Under the pieces are notes generated by a model. That model saw nothing but the letters and a program-made list of their open reading frames with translations, was not told where the DNA came from and searched no databases. This document shows positions 1 to 11,323 of a stretch of DNA of 64,000 nt, one piece after another. A program made the position numbers and the translations under genes. Position 1 is the first letter of the stretch, and each line of letters opens with the position of its first letter. Origin of the DNA: Eledone cirrhosa (Eukaryota); the NCBI GenBank assembly GCA_964016885.1, contig OZ024742.1, forward strand, positions 182,962,001 through 183,026,000, read 5' to 3'.

Positions 1-270
1 GTGTACATAGGTGAGACAGCTCGTAGTGTAGGTGAACGGATAAATGAACACTGGCGAGACCTTCAAGATAGTAAAGAATCATCTGTACTCTACCAACATG
101 CTAAAATAGAACACAAGGGTAAATTAGAGAACATAGAAATAAAAATAGAATCTACACACAGAAAAGACGCAATGTTTAGACAAATTACAGAGGCAATAAA
201 CATAAAAGAATTACAACCAAAATTAAATAGAAAATATGAGTGGAACAGCAACATCACAACTTACAATTAA
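1..270 (+). CDS. C-terminal GIY-YIG endonuclease domain of a Penelope-like element (partial, runs off window start)
   Basis: YIGETARSVGERINEH...RQITEAINIKELQPKLNRK matches the PLE GIY-YIG signature (YIGET-R..R..EH ... E ... LN); followed by a pLTR. Confidence 0.9.
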   Translation: MYIGETARSVGERINEHWRDLQDSKESSVLYQHAKIEHKGKLENIEIKIESTHRKDAMFRQITEAINIKELQPKLNRKYEWNSNITTYN

Positions 271-471
271 GGACAAAATGAAAACACACACACACATAGA
301 ACAAACAACCAACCAGTAACATATAAATAAACAAATAAATAAATGAACATAAACACACACAGACACCCGGATGTGGCGCATGCGCAGACTGAGCACACAA
401 CACACACACAGAAACAAAATGGCGTAGGACAGAACAAAGGAGAGGCACAGAAACAAAGAAAGGAATCCCCA

Positions 472-514
472 GTCACTGAAGAGGTCACAGAGTGTGTGAC
501 GAAAGAACTATGAC
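472..514 (+). ncRNA. Minimal type I hammerhead ribozyme in PLE pLTR
   Basis: gtca-CTGAAGA-g-GTCACA/gagtg/TGTGAC-GAAA-gaac-TA-tgac: stem I 4 bp, stem II 6 bp, minimal stem III, CUA cleavage triplet. Confidence 0.85.
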
Positions 515-666
515 ACTATATAAACAACTATCTGGTTATGGAACCAACCAACCAACCAGAAATTTATAAATTTATAAATTTATTATAAATTTATTATAAT
601 AATAAATTGAAGTGAAAGCAACTGGTGCGTGTGTTTCTTATTGGCAACATGACCCTCCCAAAGTAT

Positions 667-746
<80 letters not shown>

Positions 747-748
<2 letters not shown>

Positions 749-940
749 CAATGAGAGAAGGCACATAATAAATTATGCCAGATAATAGGGAATAATTTAA
801 TCCCCTATTTTCTGACATAATTTATTATGTGCCTTCTCTCATTACTATGATTTAAAATGAGCTCGGTCTCTCTTCTTTGAGCTCCCTTGATCATAGGGGA
901 TTAATTGTGTGTTTCTAACTCTATATTATATTTTGACGTA
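747..940. mobile_element. Short fold-back element between (TA)n tracts
   Basis: ~44-bp inverted arms 747-790 / 803-846 with a few mismatches, then a unique tail; (TA)n on both sides. Confidence 0.65.
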
Positions 941-983
941 TATATGAATATATATATATTATATATATATACACATTTTTGAG

Positions 984-1026
<43 letters not shown>

Positions 1027-1032
<6 letters not shown>

Positions 1033-1760
1033 TTACAAGGTTTTTTATAGGAAATCGTGTGTCGAAACAAATATTGTAATATTTGGGGAGGGTCATACTG
1101 TTGTAATAATATTTGCAGAAATAATAACAGAACACACTCACTGTTTGGTTGGTTTTCGCTTCTGTATCTTTTATATCTCCATAGTTAATTCATTTGGCAA
1201 CCAATGTTTATCATTGATTGACCAACGGTTAAAATACAAATATAAATATATATATATATATATAGTCTATCAAAGTTCTTTTGTTGCACATCTGCAACAT
1301 CATCAGTGGTACTATTATTATGTTCCCTCCTATTGTATTGTAATGTCTACGCCATTTTTATTTATTTATTTATTTATTCTTATCTCCGTCTCTGCGCATG
1401 CGTTTGCGTGTGTGTATAATGTTTGGTGTGTGTGTTCACGTGTTTTGGTTTTTGTATTCGATTTTTGTGTGTTTATATGTGTTTGTTGTTATTGTACTTG
1501 TGTATATATTCATTGATTTATATATCCCTTAAGTCAGTATTGTTTGTTTGGGTATGGTTGTTGTTGTTGTTATTCTAATCATTCTTTCTGTTTAACTTTG
1601 GTCTTCTAAGCTCTATCTCAGGTGCTTCTCTGATTTGCCTACCTGTTGAGACATTTTTATGTTTAGATATCATTTTAATTTCTATGTTGTCTATATTACC
1701 GTCATGTCTTTGTCTGGCGTGCTCATATAGTACTGAACCGACAAAAAAACGGCTCAGTAC
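1027..1760 (-). mobile_element. 5'-truncated Penelope-like element (GIY-YIG fragment + pLTR with degenerate HHR at 1269-1310)
   Basis: ORF 1575-1775 (SVLYEHARQRHDGNIDNIEIK...RPKLNRK) is close to the 22.5-kb copy; HHR reads CTGATGA-t-GTTGCA..TGCAAC-AAAA (G12 lost). Confidence 0.88.
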
Positions 1761-2409
1761 TATACGAACACACATAAATGAAAATGTACCTTTAATGCTT
1801 GAGTTATTTTTAAATGAGAAGGATGGGTTTGGTCGATACGAGATGACGAATATTAGGTTACAGGTTTGTGTATTTTAACTGAAAATCACCATTTCTATGT
1901 TCCTAATGCTTCCTTGCTGGAATATAAAGCACATGGCTAAACCTAGATTCCGCCATATACAACATATCACTAGTGACCCTCATAACCAAATTAAGTATTC
2001 TGCTAGGTGAACAATATCTAGCAGATAGTCTGCATGTGTTTCCCTGTTATAAAGGGATTAATAAATACAAGCTAATAAATTCCTTTTTGGTGGCCCCCTA
2101 AACTTTTATTCGCTGCTATGCGTTTATATGGAGAACATTGAGAAACTCCGATTTAGTGAATAAAAATATTGCCACATGTTTATTGGTTTCGTCAATGTAA
2201 CAAAATTGTTTGGCGATATTTAATTACATTTCTATAAGTTCTTAATTTATATACAAAGTAGGTAGACTTAAACTTTTATCTGTTAAAATCTGATAAAATA
2301 AGTACCAGTCATACCAGCCGAATTATTGAAATATTGATTAAATCGACTAATCCATTTGCACTGAAAATGTTTGAAAATTAGAAATCATTACTAATGCAGC
2401 TTTTCAGGC

Positions 2410-2820
2410 TGGTGGATTGGCAGATTCGTTTGAACGTCGTGGCATTTAGTTACAGCCCTTTACGTCCTGAGTTCAAATCCCGCTGAGGTTAGCTTTGCTT
2501 TTCAACTTTACCGGATCGATAAAATTAAACACCAGTAATTCACTGGGATCGATTTAATCGACTTTCCCCTGCCCCAAAAATTATTGGCCTTGTGCCTAAA
2601 TCAGAAACCATTATAAGACAACATTTCAGTGTGGTGGATTGGCAGAATCGTTATAGTGTTAGACAAATGCTTTGTGGCATTTAGTTACGGCTCTTTACGT
2701 TCTGATTCAAATACCATTGAGGCTAACTTTACCTTTGATCCTTAATATATGATAAAGTAACTGTTAAGTACTGGAGTCGATAAAAACATACCATTCAAGT
2801 ACTCAAATTAGAAATCGATA
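2410..2820 (+). mobile_element. Two tandem copies of tRNA-derived SINE family A
   Basis: GGTGGATTGGCAGA head, GAGTTCAAATCC B-box, CTTTTCAAC..GGATCGATAAAA central domain, GGCCTTGTGCCTAAA tail. Confidence 0.8.
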
Positions 2821-3734
2821 CTAATGTACAGTTTTCCAATTCCTGTCTTTTAAAGGCTCTTTCTGTTACTTTCCATTAAATATAATATCATAATTACATA
2901 AAATTAAACCGTGTCAAGATATACGGCAACATATAGGAATTAAATTTTTAAAAATAACAAAAATAGATAAAATAGGTAATTAGTAATTATACCAAGAAAA
3001 TAATCCCTTATTTTATTGAAATATGAAAGGAAATTGGCAAATATTGTCCCGCATTTTGAAAGACATCTGGTATTTTATTGTCATTGCGAACGTTAATCTC
3101 TGGTGTATTTTGTTAAATAGATGACTTAGCCACAGAAAGAGAAGCAGCCCTCGTTACGTTTCTCGGGAACTACAGAACGAATATCAGAAGTTATTGTAAA
3201 AGTGTGCAGTTCAGTAGGATATCGAATCCAATTCAAATAGAAAGCCTGCTCCGAATGTTTGGAAAATAGTGAACTCCGCTAAAAGCGCCCAGGATCAAAG
3301 TAGGAGTGTTGTGAACCCGTGCCGTTAATAATGGCGGCAATAAAGTAAATTTACCATATATACCAGAATTACCGGATATATCAATAATCACAGAAACTTG
3401 GAAATTTGAATTTTGATAAATTACTGGTTTGTTAAAAATGATATGTTAATCATTTATTTCTAGGTTATAATTACATAAATATATGTACAAATGAGATACA
3501 AGATTAAATGTATTAGTAACTTTGGATAAATAACTATTTACATAGACAAACGTAGGATTAGAACCAAAGATACTGCGAGTGAAAAGCGTTGTGTATATAT
3601 TATATTTGTGTGTTTTTTAAAGTTACAAACAGAGATGTATATAAATAAGTATATAAACACACGTGACGTATTATTATGGTTGATATATATATATATATAT
3701 ATATATGGTTGATATATATATATATATATGTATA

Positions 3735-3802
<68 letters not shown>

Positions 3803-3810
<8 letters not shown>

Positions 3811-4001
3811 TAACAGATTAAAGTTTAAGCAAAGAATCGCTGGTTTCACCCTTAACTCAGAAGATTCCGTTAAGGGTGAAAACAGCGATTCTTTGCTTAA
3901 ACTTTATTGTTATTTTAATAAATATTTGCTCTAGGGTTCTTATATATTTATCCTTATCGAGCCCTCTTTAGATTTTAGTCTTCACATTTATTATTATTAC
4001 T
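3803..4001 (+). mobile_element. (TA)n-embedded fold-back element with HHR-like core at the turn
   Basis: ~53-bp arms 3803-3856 / 3869-3920; CAGAAGA-t-TCC-gttaa-GGG-t-GAAA at 3858-3881; a second copy lies at 63011-63151 (-). Confidence 0.7.
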
Positions 4002-4125
4002 ATATATATATATATATATATATACAGGGAACGAGGTTTAACGGATGCCCTGCAAGGTTATTTCGCATAGCGTTCTCGGATGTTTTAATAATAGGGGCCC
4101 CTGTCATACCACATATGCACACAAG

Positions 4126-4207
<82 letters not shown>

Positions 4208-4884
4208 GAATAAGAATAACCAAGATTAAATATATATAAATTTAATACAGATATAACTATATATTTTTTAAATTACAACCATTGCTATAAGAAGACGATA
4301 CTTTCCACTATTTCCTATGTACACAAATGTTCATACCGCTGTTAATTTTTTCGACTGAGTGGGTTGGACCAATATGAAATGAAGTGTCTACATATAACTT
4401 AATATTAGCGAATACGAGAGTGAGTACTCAATACCATAGTAGAGATTACTAGTTTATGAAGGCTGATACAGTAGCCTGCTACTCTGGAGATTTTCCTACA
4501 TAATACTAATCCCTTGTTCAGGAAAACAGAAGCTGCATCCAGTGTTTTCCGGTTTTATGTAGTGGGTAATTTCATGTTGTATATTGTTGGGTGATGCAAT
4601 ATAGTGCAGTGGATATTGCAATGTAGTGCAATAGTTTCAAAAGATCATACTATAATTGTAGGTGCATTTCTGTGCTACAAAACTATGCTACGTATGAACA
4701 CGTAAATTCTCATTCAGTCATGAGAGCGCCATAGTGATATACAGCATATTTGGGGCATTTTACACCTGGGTGAGCTCATCCCCTCTCCAGGTCTGAAAAC
4801 AGCTGATTTTTTTTTCAAAGAAGGAAAGAATGATTGATAGAGAGGAAGTGAAAAAGGGATATAGAAGAATAATCGAACCTAGTA

Positions 4885-4995
4885 AAGCCTTCGAAAGGAT
4901 GAAAGGTGGGTTTTGAACTCAGACTGCAGAGAACCGAAACTGATATCACAAAGCATTCTATCCAACATTCTCACGACTCTGCCAATTCGCCATCT
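4885..4995 (-). mobile_element. SINE family A fragment
   Basis: aaggatgaaagg..tttgaactcaga..ctctgccaattcgcc, reverse complement of the family A head and core. Confidence 0.7.
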
Positions 4996-5099
4996 ACGCT
5001 ATATAATTATCACTTCAAACATTTCATAATTTCCAATTTTAACTGTTTGATTTATTCCATTTGAGCTCGTTTAGTCCTTCCGTCTGGCACTATGTGGAG

Positions 5100-5332
5100 G
5101 TAGAAACATAACTAAATTGCTGCTACTGCTGCTATTGTCACTATTGCAACTGCTGTTGCTACTGTTGCTGCTGCTGATGATGATGCTGTTTCATTTGTCG
5201 GCAATAACAACTGATTGTGTCTGTATCTGGTTCTTTGCTTGATGTTCTATCGATCTGTTTCCTACATCAATTTATTCCCCGTTCTCTTCCTCTTTCTCTC
5301 TCTCACTCTATCTACATAACTTTACCATTGTC

Positions 5333-5363
<31 letters not shown>

Positions 5364-5378
5364 TTCTCCCCTTCTCTC

Positions 5379-5412
<34 letters not shown>

Positions 5413-7400
5413 CTTCTCTTTTTCTCTTTCTCTATCTCTTTCTCTCCCCTCCCCTCGTTCACTATCTAAATAACAATGTTTCTTTCTCTTTCTCTTTTTC
5501 TCCTTTCTTTCATTCTCTTTATCTAACCTCATCATTTCTTTCTGTCTCTCACTCCCTTTATTATATAACCTTATCTCTTCTCTCTCTACCCCCCATCTCT
5601 TCCCTTACAACATTACCACACCCCTTTCCTGCCATCTATACCCATCCTCAAACCACGTCTTTTTGTTCCCATATTTAAATCATTAATCTTTAGTTCTAAT
5701 ATTTATCACCATTATCACTAACAACAACTGCAACAACAAGAATTATAACACATTATGCCATATTTTCATTATCATCACCACCAATAACAACAATAAAATG
5801 ACAACCACTTCCAACAAAATCATCACTATAACACACCCCCTACCACATCACCTCCACAACCACACCACCACCACTACATCACAACCACACTACTATTACA
5901 CCACTACCACATCATCACCACTACTATCACACCACTATCAAACGATCACCACCACAACCTTACAATAATCTATTTATTTTATTTTAGTTTCCATTATATA
6001 AGTTTCGTCTCTGTTTAAATTTTTTCTTTTTATATTGCTTAATCAATTGTTTCTATTATATTCAACATACCACCACCATCAGCACCATTCTCCTTCCCAT
6101 CATCACATCACCACCATTAACACCATTCTCCTTCCCATCAACACATCACCACCATCAACACCATCTCCTCCCCATCAACTCATCAGCACCATCAGCACCA
6201 TGTTCCTCCCCATCAACACATCACCAATATCAGCACCATCCTCCCGATCATCTAAATATCACCACTATTCTACATAACATCTACCATCGGCACCATTCTC
6301 CCTCCCTTCATCACACGCCTTGTTGCCGCCGCCAAAATCCTCCTCACCATTCAAACAACATATGCAGGCAACTAACCTTCACGCCACTCCACAACCAAAA
6401 TCCCGCCCAACTATCATTCCCATCCTCCATCCACATTATCATCATCATCATCATCATCATCATCATTATCCCTCACTTCCTTTTCCTTTATCATCATTAT
6501 CGCATCAGGCCTGATGACGCCATAATCATTACTATCACGCTACCTAAACTGCCATAAAACCCCTCCATTGCTGCTCCAAAACTACCACAACCATTAACAC
6601 TTCCACCGCCACCACTGCCACAATAATTTTACCCGCCATTACTGTCACAAACGCTACATAAAAAAAATAAGAATAGCAACAACTACAACTAAATCTTCAA
6701 TTACAACTATAACTGTAGTAGCATTATAACTATATCTGTTTGCGGCAAAATCATTGTTAATGTCATCGTGAAAAATCTCGCTAACTACTAATATTACTAC
6801 CACCACCACTACTACAACTAGTGCCACCATCAATACTACTACTACCACAACCACTACTATTACTGTCATCATCACCACTACTAATCCAACCAACTAATAT
6901 CGTCGCTATTACTATAACTAATATCACTTCACCAATAATATCACACTGCAACCAGAACTAGCATCACCACTAGTACCATCATGATGTTCACAACAACCAC
7001 CAACAACCATCACTGTTACCACCATCATCATACTCACCATATGTCATTGTTCTACTACCACACCTATAATCACCACAACAACCATAACCACCGTTACCAC
7101 CCACCATTACCAACACACCCATTTTCCTTAACATCATTCCACTTTCTTATATCAGCGCTATCATCTCCGCCACCGACATCTTCCCCACCATCACGATAAC
7201 GAACAACAGCTATAATATAATGCTAACAACGTTGCCGAGACAACAGCCATCATTATCACCTCCATTCCATCACCATCACCTCAACCATTTCCAGCACTAC
7301 TACCTACACTGTAATTGCTATTCACTACGATCTTCAGCGTCACAACTACCATATGACACAAGCGCCTCCACAAATATCAACACAGTCACGCTTGCCGTAA
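5100..7400. repeat. Long low-complexity tract ((CT)n, (CAC/CAT/ACT)n)
   Basis: Visible degenerate di- and trinucleotide repeats. Confidence 0.85.
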
Positions 7401-7404
7401 AAGC

Positions 7405-7700
7405 TATACTGGACCTCCGTCGGTTCCGACGACGAGTGTTCCGATTGTTTGATTAACGGAGCAGTCTGCTCGTGGAATAAACGTGCAATTGGCTAAACAT
7501 TTCATAAACGCGTTTACCCTAAACGTAGTTCTCAAGGGAGTTCACTGTATGTGACAAGGATGTCCCTAGTAATTACAAGTACAAGTCAATTTTCCAACTC
7601 AGTGGATTGGAGCAACGTGGAAAACTTATCTTACTCAAGAACACAACGAGCCGCCGTGAATTAAAATCACGACTTTATTATCGCTAGCTTGAACAGCTTC
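7405..7700 (-). mobile_element. SINE family B copy (second copy 15690-15845)
   Basis: Shared cctccgtcggtt..cgacgagtgtt..ttaacgtagttc..gggagattcagcgt..gtgacaagg; ggagcaacgtg..ttactcaagaacacaac segment resembles a reverse-oriented SINE 5' region. Confidence 0.65.
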
Positions 7701-8104
7701 ACCACAATGATACATACCTTCACAACTCCACTAACGACAATGTCTCCCACTCTGTCAAGACAAACATAAAATGAAACACAGAAATATATCAACAGCATTA
7801 ATATCATCATCATTCCAAAATAGTGTTGAGGGGCACAGCATCAAAGATACACACAGGGGAGCAACAGCTGTCATGTCTGTACAGAACTAAGCATGCCCGC
7901 ATCCGTTCTGATGACTACTGCCAGAATTCTACAGACATACACATTTAAATATGAAGGACATTAAGCATCTATTTCTAGCTGGTCGAGATATCACGTTGAG
8001 GTTCTTTCGTTGACTCTTCAAAAGACACTTGACGATTTTGAAAAAGAGAAACATAATAAGCTATGTAGTGCAGAGTGAACACTGCTAGAAGACTGAACAT
8101 AGTA

Positions 8105-8232
8105 TAACAAACTCACAGTAGACAGTGGAGAGTATACAGTAAACCCACAATGAGGAGTGGAGATAGAATAACAAACTCACAGTAGACAGTGGAGAGTATA
8201 CAGTAAATCCATAATGTGGACAGTAGAGAGTA
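8105..8232. repeat. Tandem duplication of a ~64-bp unit
   Basis: taacaaactcacagtagacagtggagagtatacagtaaa occurs twice. Confidence 0.85.
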
Positions 8233-8521
8233 CATATCCAGTCTAGACACGCAACCTATCTCTTTCTCTCTCCCACAAGCACACACACACAAACACATAC
8301 ACTGTATGTCTGTCCCTCGACAGTCATAAGTTGCCGCACACGTACGTAATTGGAAACCAATAGAAATAAACAAGTCAATTAAAAATACGAAATAATATTC
8401 AGTGTTTAAGAATGTGTGAATAACAAAACATAAAATCTGTTCATTTTAAAGTTATTGTTTATTTAATTTCTTGTTTTGTGTTGTTGTTTTTTTGGGTGTG
8501 TGGGGGGGGGGTCAAAGCTGC

Positions 8522-8586
8522 CGTTACGCTGTCTGCAATCTGGTCACTGACACAGTTCTAATGACCAGGTAGCAGACAGTGCGACG
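8522..8586. ncRNA. Candidate pre-miRNA-like hairpin
   Basis: cgttacgctgtctgcaatctggtca / tgaccaggtagcagacagtgcgacg: ~25-bp imperfect stem, ~15-nt loop, in non-repetitive-looking sequence. Confidence 0.4.
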
Positions 8587-8979
8587 AAATAAACGATAAA
8601 GGAAAAAATCTGATCCAAAAATATTATATTCAATTGTTTATTTTACAAACAGTCAAAGAGAAAATAGAAGAAATGGTGGGATCAAAAAATTACAGTAAAA
8701 ATGTAACTCTACACTCTTTGGAGGAACAGATGGCTATAAAATATTGTTGCAGAGAACAGCCAGAGATACCCGCTGCATAAGCCATCCCACTTGAACTAGG
8801 CACCTTCCTCACGTAAGATGCCCTCCTCAGATTTTGCGGGGGAAAATAGCAGCCCCGTGACCGAAAGCACAAAAAGCAAATGATCAGTCAAAGCCCAATA
8901 AATATAGAGTTAATTTAAATGATTTGGGGTGTTTTTTTGTTGTTTTTTTATATAAAGATAATTGCCGTAATAAGTAAAT

Positions 8980-9117
8980 AATTGTTTCTATTTTTGGCAC
9001 AATGCCAGCAATTACCCAGAAGTTAACCTCGGTGGGATTTAAACTCAGAATGGCAAGGGCCGTAACTCTATGCGTCAAAGCATGGCGTCCGACCCCCTAC
9101 CGATACTGCCAATCCAC
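8980..9117 (-). mobile_element. SINE family A, internally deleted
   Basis: aattgtttcta..ggcacaa..aacctcggtgggatttaaactcaga..gatactgccaatcca. Confidence 0.8.
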
Positions 9118-9246
9118 AACAAAATAATCACATTTTTGGTTTCCTATTTCACGACTAGCGTTTATTTCATTTGCCAAATTCCAGGGTTTCATTTATAATT
9201 TATTTTTTTAGAGTATGTGCGTGTGTCTTTTTTACATATGAGTATT

Positions 9247-9293
<47 letters not shown>

Positions 9294-9324
9294 GTGTATA
9301 TATATATATATAAGCATATATAAG

Positions 9325-9560
9325 CATGTAAAAAGTAAACAGAAATAACAAAGCAAACGAGACAGTACATTGAATAAATATATCAGTTTAACGCTTTAAA
9401 TAACAGGTAAAGGGTCTTAACGTTTAGGACACTAGTCCTTCAGCAGGTGATTGAATTAGAAATAAAAGATAACATAAAAATATAAGGAATGAGAAGAGGA
9501 AGGGCAGGGAAAACAATGAGAAAAAACACACGAGTGTATTCAGTTAGCCACTTTATATAC
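9325..9560 (-). mobile_element. (TA)n-adjacent pLTR-like element with degenerate HHR (9414-9450); second copy 57665-57920
   Basis: On the minus strand: CTGCTGA-aGGAC-tagt-GTCC-TAAA-cg-TT-aaga; the 57752-57787 copy reads tctt-CTGATGA-aGGAC-tagc-GTCT-AAAA-cg-TT-aaga. Confidence 0.6.
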
Positions 9561-9567
9561 ATACATA

Positions 9568-9760
9568 CGGGAATTGGGTATTGACATGAGCAATGATGCA
9601 TCGTTTCATGCACATATCACCAAAATGACGGCAATGTGCAGACGACTTGCGGGTTGAATTCTGAAGACTTTTAGAACTAGAGATCCGGAAACCATGTTGG
9701 TCCTCTGGAGGACTTTCTTCCTCGGCCGACTGGACTATTGCTCTCAGCTGTGATCACTCC
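9568..9760 (+). pseudogene. CR1-group LINE reverse-transcriptase fragment
   Basis: RELGIDMSNDASFHAHITK...LAG*ILKTFRTRD..MLVLWRTF..RLDYCSQL*S, the typical post-RT region, with stops. Confidence 0.75.
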
Positions 9761-9809
9761 ACTAGCGCAGCTTAATTTACCTGTGCATCATTTACACTGG
9801 TGTATATAG

Positions 9810-10091
9810 CAGGGGACTCAAACTCAAAGACTCAAAAAGGCCATTACGCTCTTGAGGAGAGGCACAGCGGGCCAGAAGTGAAATGAGGTAGGAGGCCTGA
9901 TTTCCGATAGTTATCATGTTCATCTGCAATACCACTGATAAACTATTATTTTTTTATTTCATCAAAATTAATATGCATATGACAGTAAGTGGGATATGTG
10001 AATTAATACAAAATATAGGAAGCCAAACTTTCCGTTTCAAAGCAGCGGCTCATATAAAAGTAGTTTGCGGGTCGCGTGTTTATGACCCCTG
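9810..10091. mobile_element. Non-autonomous hAT-type MITE
   Basis: CAGGGG...CCCCTG termini, internal gcgggcc motifs, degenerate 8-bp flanks gtatatag / atatattg. Confidence 0.65.
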
Positions 10092-10170
10092 ATATATTGC
10101 TTCTTTCGTTATGAACGTTAAAAAATCATTTCAAGTTTTCACAAAATGGGAAAACTTAGGATTTCAGATG

Positions 10171-10236
<66 letters not shown>

Positions 10237-10243
<7 letters not shown>

Positions 10244-10443
10244 GTGAGGTTTCTTTACAAAATGAAAAAATCGAGGTGTCCTACACGAGTGAAAGGGTGA
10301 AAGTATAAGGAAAAAAGATGAAATCGAAAATGCAACTGGAGTCTTTTTTTTTTTAAATATATTTATTTGGTTCCTTTACCGGTTTCGCAGTTCTTGTGCT
10401 TTTCAAAGGTAGAATTGAGATGGAGGGTTTGTGGTTTTTCTCA
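10237..10443 (-). mobile_element. (TA)n-embedded short element with variant HHR (10373-10410); second copy 32265-32442 (+)
   Basis: On the minus strand: cct-TTGAAAA-GCA-caagaac-TGC-GAAA-ccgg-TA-aagg; the 32.3-kb copy has lost the core and stem II. Confidence 0.65.
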
Positions 10444-10467
10444 TATATATAAATATATATATACTAT

Positions 10468-10700
10468 AGAGTAAAGTATGTCCAGAGAATTATTTGATAA
10501 TATATATACATCATCTCAATCAGCATAATTAACCACACAATTAAGAGATGATGTATATATATTATCAAATAATTCTCTGGACATACTTTACTCTCTAGTA
10601 TTTCGCTCTGATTTATTTATTAATTCTCCATTGAGCCACATCGTGAAAAGTTGCAAAAACACATATATACCTGTGACTTTGTTTAATTGGTGTATGTGTA
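10468..10700. mobile_element. (TA)n-embedded fold-back element
   Basis: Perfect 50-bp arms 10468-10517 / 10545-10594, then a unique tail. Confidence 0.7.
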
Positions 10701-10726
10701 AATATTTAAATATATATATATATATC

Positions 10727-11005
10727 CTGCAAAATATACTGCAGCTGTAAACCACATAATCATGTGTTTCAGATTAAAAAGAAAACAAATCATATAAAAA
10801 TTTTATGTTCTGAATTTCTTATGTTCGAAACATAAAATACCATGATATCCTTAATAGAATAAATGTTAGGTAGATTATGTTTAAAAAAATAACTACAACG
10901 CTAAAACGAATAAGTTTCGATATTATTATTACGCAGTTTATAATGTGTTCCAAAAACCATCAATTTCATATTCCAAACACGGGCATAGCTGGGTACCTCA
11001 TCTAG
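10727..11005 (+). mobile_element. Possible non-autonomous Helitron remnant
   Basis: 3' end cgggcatagctgggtacctcatCTAG|t resembles the animal Helitron subterminal hairpin + CTAG. Confidence 0.45.
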
Positions 11006-11154
11006 TGATGTATATATAAATCTTATATCCACACTTATGACAAAAACTGAAAATATGCCCTAACATCTGTAACCTGTTCTTTCAAATTCTAATAACTTTG
11101 AAGATGTCCTCAGATAAAACTTTGAGCTATAAAATAATGCAGATCTAATATTCA

Positions 11155-11214
<60 letters not shown>

Positions 11215-11245
11215 CACGCACACATATATATATATATATATATGA

Positions 11246-11323
<78 letters not shown>

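Larger units (their letters stand above)
1..672 (+). mobile_element. Penelope-like element 3' end (GIY-YIG + pseudo-LTR) ending in (TA)n
   Basis: pLTR ends ...gaccctcccaaagtataacaa(TA)n, a terminus shared with the copies at 1.0, 22.0, 24.3 and 58.2 kb. Confidence 0.88.
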
